From Oculina patagonica (taxonomy: Eukaryota): a stretch of DNA of 63,852 nucleotides. The stretch covers positions 17,174,149-17,238,000 of the forward strand of contig NC_135770.1 in NCBI RefSeq assembly GCF_052425735.1. Direction: 5' to 3'. Both the position numbers and the translations under genes were made by a program. The notes beneath the pieces were generated by a model. The model worked only from the letters and a program-made list of their open reading frames with translations, searched no databases and was not told the DNA's origin. Below are positions 48,966 to 61,278 of this stretch, one piece after another (position 1 is the stretch's first letter; every line of letters begins with the position of its first letter).

Positions 48966-50359
48966 TGCCTAAGTGGCCTTCACGTCGTTAATTTGCAAAT
49001 GAGTTACCAGGAGGCTAAAACAGAGAAATTTGACAACGGTATATTAGGATCGTTTTCAGCTACAGCGAGTCTTGAAATGCTAAGTTGTATTACAGAAAAA
49101 GTCGTAAAAGGAAATGCTGATTCAGTGAATTTTTAAAATACATAGAAGGATAACCGAAATAATGTATGGTTTAGCCAAGCCTAAAAGCGGAGCTACACAC
49201 ATATTTTGCTGGTTCTTAATAGTTTGTCAAAATACTCTCATTGAAAATACTGTTAATATATCTTATAGGACATTTAAGTGTGTAGTATCGCTGTATATTT
49301 TTGTAAGAGTCATGCAGTATTTTGGTGAGCCCGAAGGGTGGGTCAAAATACAAATGACGAGTAAAAATGTACAGCGATGCTACAAACTAAAATGTCTAAT
49401 GAATGAATTATTGTCCAACATTTTCTTTCCCCAAAATGCTGAGCTGTCTCGTTTAATAATTTTCCGCGCGGTACTCTATTCCGTACTCTACGAAGCAGAC
49501 TTGGAAAATAACTGAAGTTATTAAACGTAACTACTCAAGAAAGATTCATAATAAATCGCCAACTCTATTCCCAGAATTCCGCTGACAAAATACTGTCATT
49601 ACCTTCGACAAAAAATAATATTTGAGCCCGCGATCCAATGGAAAATTTCCTGGTCAGTGTTCAGTTTCAAGAAAACACATAACCTTGACGAGCTGTACAC
49701 CTGATCCCGCGATATGGTTATGTGATACTAGTCTGCGGATACTCTGTGCCACGTTGTTAAACTGTCTGTGCATAAACCGTTTGGTTGAAAAATTTGTACT
49801 TGGATGCGATTCCGTCACAACTTCCAGAAGTACCATCACCAGCGTATACTTGACAATAACAACAACAACATCAACTTTATTTTTTTCCTTTCACAGAAAA
49901 GAAGGAAATTTACCTATAATTAAATTATAACTAAAGGGGTATTGGCTTCCTAAAATAAATGAAGACTTAAAAAGTCTAGGAAGCCAAATTACATGAAATA
50001 AATTACAATACTAGGGTCGGAAAACACAAAAGCAGAAACACAACTCAAACACGTGCTCATATCTAGCTAAGAAAAAATGAAATAAATTGTACAAAGCAAA
50101 GGAATAAAAAAAAGCTACAATTATACTAGAGAATGGAATCTTAACATAAATAATCAGGGCCGTAACCAGACCTTTGCCATAGACAAGGCAAGATCTTGAT
50201 AGTGGGTTCTGGGGGCATGACCTTCAGAAAATTTTGAAATCTAAAAGTTCTGAATCGCTTTCAGAAAGACTTTTCATGAGGTTTTTCTTTAGAAAAATCA
50301 ATATTGTTTTTCTGGGGATTATTTTCCCAACAAAACATATTTTGTTTTTTGTTTTATTT

Positions 50360-51828
50360 TGGGTAAAAATTAAGACGAGGCAAGTGCCTCTTGTAAAATA
50401 TACAAACGCTGGAGTGTGGTGGGGTATGTATTACCCCAAATAATTATACCATAAGTCAGAAATGAGTGTTAAAGAATTAGTCAGAATATCATTAATATTA
50501 ACATAATAATACAGCTTAGACAAGATGCCAACACCTCTTTCAGTTAACTTTGTAATACAAGCGATTTAAGGATTCCAGGTTAGATTTGAATTAATAGAAA
50601 TCCTAGGTATTTGTTGCAGGAATCTTATTGCAACTGTTTCCCATTTAATATAAGGTGGAAATTGAATGTTACTTTCCTTTGAGGCGGATGCAAGATTTGA
50701 GCTGAAACAACTTTTTTGCAATACCACATATGCCATAGAACTCAAGTCTTTTTTTTAACAATATTACTTGATTTATGGTGTCAAATGCTTTACTGAAATC
50801 TTAAAATATACCACAAGAGAAATCCCTCTAATTATCTTCTCTTTGAATTTTATCAACAATACTTAGAATAGGATGATCAGTGGAATGATGGGCCCTAAAA
50901 ACAAACTGATCATCAAAGAATCCTTTTTTTAAAGGGAAATCAACCAATCTATTGCACATAAGCATTTCAAGCAACTTACTAAATACAGACAACAAGGAGA
51001 TTGGACGATAATTGAATAAATAAGTGTGGGATCCCTATTTCAACTGGAACCTAATTTAAAATTATCTGGCACTGTACCAGTATCCAATGAGGCACTGAAT
51101 AAAATCTCTCAAGGTTTGGATATTACAGTTTTCAAAAGTTTGAGAATAGTGACAGGAATAAAAGGATGACAGAATACTAAAAGAAAGAAGCTTTGAAGCT
51201 TTCAGTTGAATGCTTGAAATTGTCTGAGTTGTTTACCTAATTCCCGCGTCCCGCCATGAAAGTATCCAACCTCCCGCTTCCCGCCGACCCTTAAAACCCC
51301 GCATCCCGCCTATATATTTCCTTTCATCCTGCATCCCGCCAGCCCAGAAAGGCTCATCCCACATCCCGCCAACCCTATGTTAGAACCTCAATGAAACTTA
51401 AACCACATTTTTTACTTTCTGTATGGCATTCTGCTTGCATTGTCTTTGCTCGATAATATTTGAAGTGGCACAATGGTCTGCGAGATACGTCAACAAGGCC
51501 ATAAGGAATCTTGTTTAGCCTGTTCCAAGCATTCGGTTAGTTGTAAAGCAGTGTGGAAAACGGGATGTACGCGAAAAACAGTAAGTGGAAAAATGGCGAG
51601 GGGTTTACTCGCCGCTCTACGCGCGGCTTCAAAACTACGGGCTGGCCACAAACGGCCTACTAATTGGGAACACTTATGGCCTAATATATATGCTGATTAA
51701 CAACTGCCAACCAAAAAGCATTTTGAACAAAAAATAAACAAAGGGCTTATTATCGGAATTTGACGGAATCACTTGATTTTGATTTCACTCTTTGAAGATG
51801 GCCCCCCTCAAGCATGCACTCCCTGCCT
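50360..51828 (+). repeat. Segmental duplication, copy B of 18170-19923 (includes LINE RT remnant 50400-51160, minus strand)
   Basis: Colinear similarity. The ORF-track entries 19568-19762 and 51473-51700 are near-copies of each other. Confidence 0.9.
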
Positions 51829-53290
51829 GTAGTTTATAGCGGAGCTCCTTAGCGGCCCGTAAGGGCCGCAGAGCGGAGCACCATACCCATAAAAAAAACA
51901 CATGAAAAAAAAACAAAAAAACACATGAAATAAAATAGGAAACCTATGCATCCGAGTTTTCATGGTCATCATGGCTAGCGGCATGCCTCGCGGGCGCGTA
52001 CGGCGTACGTACGGTGTTGCGCACATCCGGGATCTTGAAAGGTCTCGGCTTTTGTTTTTCGCGCGCTTTCCGTGGCTCCCCGCGCTACACAACCGATCTG
52101 TCAGGTCAGCTACAGCAATCTACAGTTGATCTTAGTTGAAAAAGCGGTTTGGGAAGTTTCTTCTCCTGAATTTTTCAAATTTTTGGAAAGCTAGGAATAT
52201 AAGCCTAAACCTCAGTGTTATTTTTTCAATTCTTTAGAGTTGCTCAGTTTGCCTTATATTGTGTTCTTTTACTGCCCTTCTAAAATATTGTAATTTCAAA
52301 TAATTATTAGGTTGTATGATGGCTGGGAGAACTTTGACCGAAGAACAGAAACGAAAGAAGAGAGAGAAAGAGAGAGAACGACAAAGAGAAAAGAGAAGAA
52401 AGAGAACCGAAGAGCAGCATGAAGCAGAGATAGAGAGGCGAAGGGAAATAGCAAGGAACATAACGGAAGAGCAGCGTAAAGTTGAGCGAGAAAGACAACG
52501 GGAAAGACGAAGGAACAGTACCGAAGAGCAACGTGAAGCAGAAAAAGAAAGACAACGGGAAATACGAAGGAACAGTACCGAAGAGCCCATCTTTATTGTA
52601 GCAACGGACTAACAAAATCCCAGAGAAAGCTGTGTGCCTAAAAACAGAATCTGCTGCGCTAATAGAAAAGAAATTCTGCATAATTTGCCCATTAAGGATT
52701 GTCGGACCTTTTGATATGGTGAATGCTTAACGTTTCTCGGAATTTGTCAAGCACTTTCACGGAATTGACGGTACAGTAACCTCTCGTTTATTTTGTAGAT
52801 TAACTCTTTTCTATTTATTTATGCGTGTTACGTTGTGAATTAATCGAAACCGAAGGCCATGAGCAATCGATGAAATCCATGATCAATATTGCAATCGAAA
52901 TGAATAAATCAATCAGTCGGTTGATATTGATAAGCTTAATCAAAACAGAATTGAAAGGAATTAAATTTTGTAATTTTTCACATCATCGATTTTCATTGTC
53001 ATTATCCACAACAGATTCATAATAATCATTGATCGATTTAATAGATGTTGTAGCATATTTTCATGCTTTTATATTTACACCAATGTCCAGCATTTCTGTT
53101 TTCACTACTAGACATTTGTGTCTTTGTGTGTTGTCTGCCTGAGAATCATGATAGCAAATTGGCCAGATTTTTGCCAGATAGCCATAATAGTTGAAACAGA
53201 GTAGAACATCTGGATGGGGTGCATTTGGCACAAACGAACGAACAGGAATCAGTGTTTCTCTCCTCTATAATTCATGTCTACTGAAAGCTA

Positions 53291-53466
53291 CAGTGGAACC
53301 TTAATTTAACGAACCTCTATATAACGAGGTCCTCGATATAACGAACGATATTTTTTGTCCCAGTAATAGCAAAACATATGGAAAAGAACCTCGATATAAC
53401 GAAACCTCGATATAGCGAGCACATTTTGCCAGTCCCTTAGCCCTTTGTTATATCGAGGTTCCACTG
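53291..53466. mobile_element. Tc1/pogo-type MITE, TA target duplication
   Basis: ta-CAGTGGAACCT...AGGTTCCACTG-ta with internal cctcgatataacgaa repeats. Confidence 0.85.
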
Positions 53467-54682
53467 TACTTAGAACAGTAAAAATTATAGTGGTGTTCAC
53501 ATTGATTTGCCAAGTACTAGTTTTGATGTTTGATGACTCAATGAAGGTTAGCTGTAAAGAAACGATAGATTTCCCGTAGTGTGAACAAGCCCCAGGCCAT
53601 TTTTAATACACCTTATTCGATGGTTTAACATATAATACGCGCAGATATTTTGCGAGTTGCGTAGTATTTTTTCAAGCCTTCGTAGGGGCGAGGAAAAGTA
53701 CAAGCAATGAGCAAAATGCCCGCTCGTATTATAATGTTATATACCATAGAATAAGGGATTTATTATTCTACTAATTTTTCCACTTTGTTTGGGCCAGTAT
53801 TCCGTAAGTTTGTCTGCCCGTATTTTTGCCCTGTTCTACTGTGTAATAACGTGGCATATTTTGCATGTTCTTTTGCCCTAATATGGTTAAATGGTGCAAT
53901 AGTGGAATAATAGATTTCTGGATGTAGATTTTAAACCCCTTCAAATGGCTGACATCAAACCTGTGAATATTTTGTCCAAGTTCAGGGAAAAAGTTTAAAA
54001 CTCCTGAAATGCGTCTTTATTTCAACTCAGAAGTTTGAGGCGGATGTCTCACAATTTTTTTGTTGGATCTTTTCCTTATGTTGAGTTTCTGGTGGAGCAA
54101 CTTCAAATTGTGAAAGGAATAGAACTTTCACATGAAGCCTTCCCTTAGCTTTGAAATTGTAATCTTCAAGAAGTATAGACTGACTTAAGCATTACATCTG
54201 ATTAGGTCAATTACAGTTCCGCTATTGGTAATTAATGAATTTATTACTTTTTTCCTTGCAGAATGTCGTTCCCAAGGTGAAAGTTATGGTGTGGATCATG
54301 TTGCTGGAAATGTAAACCCTGTCACAGTGACAGAGTGCAACAGTGGTAACTGATACAGGTACTGTACATGCCATGTATACATAAGTTTAAACCATGAATT
54401 TTTGTTGATGCCATATCTTAGATACCGGCATCTACTATGCGATCATGTTGTAACGTAACAGTAAAAGCTTCGGGAGCCAATAAGATCACGAATAATGCAT
54501 TTGATGAGGTCAATTAGTTACAGTTCCGCTATTGGTAATTGATGAATTCATTACTTTTTTCCTGGCAGAATGTCGTTCCCACTTGGTGAAAGTCATGGTG
54601 TGGATCATGTTGCTGGAAATGTAAACCCTGTCGCAGTGACTGCAACAGTGGTAACTGATACAGGTACTGTACATGCCATGTA

Positions 54683-54848
54683 TATGTTGTGGTTCAAATT
54701 TATCTTTGGTTGAATTTTTTTAAACCAGTTTGATTTTCATATTTCATTGTCTCATATTCATTAACATAATCTGAAACAATGGGAAATAAAAATCAAACTG
54801 CATGGTTTGAAAAATTTTAAACCAAAGATAAATTTGAACCACAACATA
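54683..54848. mobile_element. Palindromic MITE in a duplicated intron
   Basis: tatgttgtggttcaaatttatctttggtt / aaccaaagataaatttgaaccacaacata. The empty site is in the sister copy at ~54376. Confidence 0.85.
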
Positions 54849-54941
54849 TACATAAGTTTAAACCATGAATTTTTGTTGATGCCATATCTTAGATACCGGC
54901 GTCTACTACATGTATGCGATCATGTTGTAATGTAACAGTAG

Positions 54942-55119
54942 CAGGGATGTAGCTAAGAAAACACTAAGCCAGCTAATCAACAAGCCTAGCTGACTTTTCT
55001 GGCCTTAGCAGCTCGAAAAGTTTACCTTAGTCTTTGTTTTCAAGTGAAATTCAGCCGGATTTAAGTTCTATTTTTAGCCGGTCAAATTAGCCGGCAGCCG
55101 GCCCTTAGCGACATCCCTG
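54942..55119. mobile_element. MITE with CAGGGATG TIRs
   Basis: cagtag-CAGGGATGTAGCTAAG...CTTAGCGACATCCCTG-cagtag. The empty site is at ~54460. Confidence 0.8.
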
Positions 55120-58100
55120 CAGTAGAAGCTTCGGGAGCCAATAAGATCACGAATAATGCATTTGATTTATCATTGTGATCAATCAATTCAATTGCAATGG
55201 ACCTTAAATTGGTTTCTAGGCAGTCTTCTTTTCTTCGAGTTCAGATTGATTTCAACGACCGTCAATGGCCATGTTGTTTTTCCTTCTCAACACAAAAATA
55301 TTTACCTCTCCGGTGGTTAAAATGTAAAGAAGAAACACCAGTCACTATCCAGATGGCTCCGAAGTGGAACATCGTGAATTACAGAGTGCTAAAACCTTGC
55401 TGGTGAAGGATTTGTGACCGTAGCAAGGCCATTTTTGTCTTGCGCTTTGGTGCATACGAATGTACTTTGTATGCAATTAACACATTGTTTACGGACTTAT
55501 CCAGCTTTTTAAGACTTGAGTATTGCAACCAATTTGGATTAATATTTTTGGAAGGATCGGTGAGCTATCAAATGAAAAATTTGATTGCAAAAACCATCTG
55601 CTAAAATCAATTGAAAGTTTTCCTTTAGCATGAATACCGTAAATATTTAGATTTTGAAATTTAGATGCTTGTAAATGCTTTTTTCAATGTTTTGCTGGAC
55701 AGTATTTGGGCCTTAATTTATGTTTACTACGACCGTTCTTTATTACGTTCGTTCAGCTACTGGCCCTTATTGACAGCACTGATTATACAGTCATTGATTT
55801 ATTTTTTACATTTAAGTGAACAATACATTCAAGGCCAATTCAACCTGTGTGCCCCTCTCTTTCACTAAGTATTAACACTGAGAGAGAAATATTTCTGATC
55901 AGTTATTGTCATCATCCAGATAATAATGATAATTGACATATTTTTGCACGTATTTGCTAGAAATGTGCTATTATGGTGCAGATGAGTTGCAGAGGCCTGA
56001 GGATTTGGAAAGGATTGCATCAGATAAAGGATTCTTAATTTCGGAAAATCAAGGTTTGGGGAATTGTATGTTCTATGCACTGGTGGAGCAACTTCAAATT
56101 GTGAAAGGAATAGAAATTTCACATGAAGAACTGAGAGTGAATTTGGTGCAATTCCTAAAGGAAAATTACAACTTGGTAAGTCATTGATTGTGTTTCAAGT
56201 GACATTGTAATTTTATTAGTAAAAACTACCTACTAACATTTATTATTCCATTATGTAAAGAAGGCTTAATTTAAGTGTTAATAAAGCATTTTGTCACAAG
56301 TGCGATTTTGTTTATTCCCTGCCTAATAATATACATCAAAAACTTTCTCGAATCTGATTGGCTTAGAGAAAGCCTTAGCCTCAAAGTTATGCTAACATCG
56401 CTTGAAAGACACTGTACTCAGAGAACAGAACTTATAGGCTTTCTATTGTACGAGACAGAGCGATTGTTTCGTCCAAGGAAGTGTTGAAATGAAAAGCGAA
56501 ACAGCTTCACTTGGCTGGCCGTCGAGTTGTTGCAAAGTTCGACAAGTAGAATGAGCGGAAGAAAATCTATATATACTGTTTAACACACACATTTTATTTG
56601 CTATATGTCAACTTTTTTTAAAGCATAATGGAACACATCTGTTCAGCTTTGTGGATTAGGATATATATCCAACATGGTGTGATTACTTGGAAAGCATGGA
56701 AAAAAAAGGCACGTGGGGTGACAATTTGATTTTACAAGCTGCTGCAAATTACTATAGAACGTCTATTCGTGTCATCAGCAGTCTTGGCCAGGAGAATGAG
56801 TTATTGATCAGTCCAGACAGTCCAGCTTATGTTAACTTTCAGCTTGTAGCAACACCAGCCATCAACAGCCGCTTGTGCTTGGGCATGTTTCAGAGCTTCA
56901 CTTTGTGAGCCTGATATCCAGTGAAGGTATAATAATTAAGTAAATTATAGATTACTGCTTAATAATTTTAATTGAGAGTTACTGTAGATACAATTTACTA
57001 GTAGCACTTGCTCATGCACCTGTCATACTGTAAGCTACAACAGGTGTGTCTGTTATACTAAGTTGGTTGCACTGACCAAATATTTAAAAACCTACTTTTT
57101 ATTATGGGGCAGAGAACAGTTAACAAATTTTAAAACTTGGTGATCTACTATTCTTAGGTCTAGTAATGGAAATTATAATAGGAAATAGGTTTTTGTTCCA
57201 GATTTCCTCCCACAAGTACCTAAATTTTTGCTTCTTAATTTAATAAAAAACGCCTCGTGTAATCTTTGGTTGATTTGCACTGTGTTTACAAGAAAAAAAA
57301 AAAACAACAAGGAGAAAAAGGATGACAGTACATCAGTACTTCCATTTACACCAGTGAATTTACACATGTATGTCCTTTGGTGTGAGACTGTCTTTTGAAT
57401 ATTGAGTTAAATATTGTTTGTAGCCTATATGTTTAGGTTCATTGCCATTGTGTCATAAAAGGCACTCTAGGTTGTTAAAGAGTTCATAATTAGGTATGAC
57501 ATTGATAATTGCATAATAGCAATTTACAGTACCTCCCCAATTGCTATAAAAAAATTAACTTTCACATGATAAGGTAATAACTATCGCAGACATTACTTAA
57601 AAAGCACTAAAGTACCACTGTTGGTGCATTATAACTGCATATGATACAAAGTTAAAACAATTTTATTAACGTATTAAACTCTTCTTCAAGTACTAAATTT
57701 TCTTCAATATATTTTCAAATTTGTTTACAGAAATCTGTTTCAAGTGTAATGGGCGTGGGCATGTGGCCTACATATGCCCATCAAGAGAAGATGCAGGTAA
57801 ATAACTTGTCTCGGGAACAGGGTATACTAATCACCCTTTTTGCTCTGGAACAGGGTCAAATTTTTCCCCATTATCCTGATTAAACACAATAAAGTTTACC
57901 TACAAAACTCCGTTCCTCTAATTGCTTTATCTCCGAGCCACAGACGAGTGTTGAGCGCTTTAATTGAGATATATATGGAACAGGGTACCTATTTTGCAAT
58001 GTTTATCAGTGTAACAGGGTAGCAAATTAAGCACTGTTAAGCTTTAATTTTCCTCTGGGACAGGTTCTGAGTCTCAGATACTCAGCGGCACACCTCCGTT

Positions 58101-60341
58101 GTAAATATTAGGGAATCCCCCCAGGAATGTTGTATAGTCAATATTCGCCATCATTATAGACACATCAGTCAAAAGATGAACACATCTCTAACATACATAC
58201 TTCCGATTTCTACCTTGACTTTTGCGCCCATTTGATCATCCCCGTTAATAGTTAGAATCTAGAGTATCCCAGATGCATTAATTGCTGTCTGTCAAACAAG
58301 GACTTTGCAAACAAAATTGTAATAACCTTCCACGGGGAAACGTACATTATAATATTAATTTATTATGGCCTTTGTGTGGTTATGAAAAGCGTCTGGTAGT
58401 TTAAAGCGTTAGAGAAATCGTTTGAACTGTTTTCACAGGCCGTTTTAGTCGTTTGGCAAGCCATGCCACTTCTTCACAGGACTTTAATAATGATCTACAA
58501 GGCACGTACCGACGGAACAGTTCGCGAAAGAACAATTTTTTTCTGATAACATGCAACGTGAACAAGAAAGCAAGAAGCAATTGACCCTTGAGACTTGGTA
58601 ACCCCACCCTGCCACTTTAAGAACAAATATAGAAGTCATATTTTTATTTATCTCTTCCATGAACAAGTTTCCTCTTATCCCCCTTTAAGATTTAACCATC
58701 CCATAACCCCATAGACAGGATTCCCCCCCCCCCCGCCTAAGGATAAATTAGGGAGGGTGAGGGTTCTAACACCCCCTAACCCCTCCCTCTCCACAATGAT
58801 TATCATTCTCACTTCTTTCATAGATCACGATCTCAAATGTTTTCGCTGTGTGTGTGTGGGGGCAGGCACAAGAAGTATCTTTGCCCAACCCCCCGGCCAA
58901 GGCCAAAAAGGCCAAAGACAAAAAAGGTATGGTTTAATTTATATCCAGCAGTTGTTAGAAAACTTATTAGTAGGAATGATTAATTGATATCAATGTCACT
59001 AAAGGCCAGTAAGATGTTGATACCAAATACCTAAAGCTGATAACAAAGGCCCCATGCGAGGCCCCTTTTCCTAGGTGGGTCTGGGGCATTCTTTCCCAGA
59101 GAATGCAGAGAACTTGAAATTTAGAAGATCGAAAATGCAATTTCATTTCCAGCATTCTGGGCATAAAAATATGATGTTGATCATGTGTCATGTTGTATAT
59201 AAATCGCTCACTATTTTTTGTCGTCAAACTATTTTTTTTCTTCTTCTTCTCATGTCTACAAACAATTTATTTGAGCATTTTTGCATTTGCAAATAACCTT
59301 TCTCAGGAGTTTTGATCCTCTCCTCCAAAACAAAAATAATGGCCCTTCCCTAATTAAGAGATTTTGACAAAGACAAAACCCCCACTCATGACCACACGTA
59401 GCATGAGGTCGCATGCGGATTATTAAATTCATGCAGGAACTGCAGATCTTTTATGATGTTCTAAATATCACACAAGCACTGAGGATAAAACACTTAAATA
59501 ATAAAAAACACCAACATTATGCTTACATAAGAATACCAAAAACTCATGAAACTGAACAAAATACTTAGTACCCATATTTTGGCCAAAAAATACTGCATAC
59601 CTTGGTTAAAAACACCTAAGATACCATATAATATACTCATGTGTTATTTAAATTTGATTTAAATGTAATTAAAATCATAGATCCAATTCTTTGTCTGCTC
59701 ATTGCCTTTTGTTTCAAATTATTCACTTTTTTTTTATTTTAAGTACACTACTTTACTTTACTTTTTTTCTTTTTCTGCAGAAGAAAACCCACCACAAACC
59801 GGGAACGGAGGAGGGAAAAACGTTTTCGTTATTCATAACCATTGAGCTGTAGAGGATAATGATATTTTTGTTGAATACGTGAAGAAATTAAAGTCTCAAC
59901 AGTTTGCTGAAAATTCTTGCTTTGAGTCTTGTTTATATAATAATTCGTGGTTGGTTATTGATGTTTATCAACGATATACTGTCATTAAAATTAGCAGCCA
60001 ACTAGAAATGTGTGTTTCCAGAAAAAATTAATACCCCCCCCCCCCCCACCCCACCGAGGATTTTTCTAGTTTGACACCCCAAGTATAAAGGCGGCCTTTA
60101 AAATTTAAAGAGGTTTGAAAAGAAAAACAAGAAGCAATGAAACAAAATGTGGCTGAAAATTACGTGTAGGAAGTAATCGACCGCCAAAAAAGTGGACATT
60201 GAGAGCCATAATCGATCGATGACTTTCGTGTCTATCTGTAAAGCCAGCATCGTACATGAAGGAGCATTCGAAAGCTAAATCGGGTTGATAGAATAAACAA
60301 ACCATTTTATTGCTACGGGGTAAAAAGAAAAAAAAAAAACT

Positions 60342-60413
60342 TGACCCTCTGGGATTTGAACTCACTTCCTCCGAATCCGCAGACTAGCACCTTACCGATT
60401 AAGCTAATCCGAC
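60342..60413 (-). ncRNA. tRNA-like (Arg-derived) Pol III module with oligo-T terminator, inside the Helentron-like element
   Basis: Minus strand GTCGGATTAGCTTAATCGGTAAGGTGCTAGTCTGCGGATTCGGAGGAAGTGAGTTCAAATCCCAGAGGGTCA has an A-box, a CT-GCG-GA loop and a B-box, followed directly by a T-run (60339-60328). The acceptor and anticodon stems pair poorly, so it is not a functional tRNA. Confidence 0.65.
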
Positions 60414-60778
60414 AGACTCTGTAATGCGCGTTGAATATATCCTATATCAATGTAATAGATATTGTGGAGTCTACTAAACTGCTGCGAAACTAAAACAGGA
60501 TCGCGAAACTATTTTCTATTGCTAGAAGGCAGATAATTTACTGTACTCTAAAGTAATTTTCGTGCCATGAGTAATGAATTTGCCCTGCTTTAAGATTATT
60601 ATTTGTCGTACTGCTGACATTCAGTATAACCGTGAGCTATTTAAATTTGTGTCGCACCTATAAACCGCCATACACATTAGTACTTTGGCCGCTTATTCAC
60701 TAGAATGAAAACATTGTAAGCTCCAGTGAAAATTAAATAAATGGGGAGCTCCGCTTTTAGGCTCGCCTAAATCTATAT

Positions 60779-61278
60779 NNNNNNNNNNNNNNNNNNNNNN
60801 NNNNNNNNNNNNNNNNNNNNNNNNNNNNNNNNNNNNNNNNNNNNNNNNNNNNNNNNNNNNNNNNNNNNNNNNNNNNNNNNNNNNNNNNNNNNNNNNNNNN
60901 NNNNNNNNNNNNNNNNNNNNNNNNNNNNNNNNNNNNNNNNNNNNNNNNNNNNNNNNNNNNNNNNNNNNNNNNNNNNNNNNNNNNNNNNNNNNNNNNNNNN
61001 NNNNNNNNNNNNNNNNNNNNNNNNNNNNNNNNNNNNNNNNNNNNNNNNNNNNNNNNNNNNNNNNNNNNNNNNNNNNNNNNNNNNNNNNNNNNNNNNNNNN
61101 NNNNNNNNNNNNNNNNNNNNNNNNNNNNNNNNNNNNNNNNNNNNNNNNNNNNNNNNNNNNNNNNNNNNNNNNNNNNNNNNNNNNNNNNNNNNNNNNNNNN
61201 NNNNNNNNNNNNNNNNNNNNNNNNNNNNNNNNNNNNNNNNNNNNNNNNNNNNNNNNNNNNNNNNNNNNNNNNNNNNNN
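60779..61278. other. Assembly gap (500 N)
   Basis: Run of N. Confidence 1.

Larger units (their letters stand above)
52316..59845 (+). pseudogene. Decayed spliced gene: E/R-rich TEEQ repeats - OTU-like cysteine protease - CCHC zinc knuckle
   Basis: Exons with AG/GT: 52316-~52612 (TEEQR..ERERQRE repeats); 54262-54358 and 54569-54663 (duplicated mini-exon, both frameshifted); 55961-56175 (NQGLGNCMFYAL, OTU Cys box); 56624-56926 (WGDNLILQAAA, LGHVSELHFVSL His box, with TAG at 56657 and a frameshift); 57731-57796 (CFKCNGRGHVAYIC); 59781-59845 (EENPPQTGNGGGKNVFVIHNH*). Intron phases are compatible from the OTU exon onward. Confidence 0.8.
51836..60778 (+). mobile_element. Helentron/HINE-like non-autonomous rolling-circle element with cargo gene
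   Basis: 5' subTIR AGCGGAGCTCC (51838-51848) followed by the hairpin GCGGCCC-gtaa-GGGCCGC. 3' subTIR GGAGCTCCGCT (60745-60755) followed by the hairpin TTTAGGC-tc-GCCTAAA and tctatat. The duplicated flank stops within ~8 bp of the 5' end. No Rep/helicase ORF is seen. Confidence 0.65.

Noticed and set aside
52234-52681. Hydrophobic minus-strand ORFs (118 and 124 aa)
   Set aside because: Antisense of the purine-rich E/R repeat exon; a low-complexity artefact.
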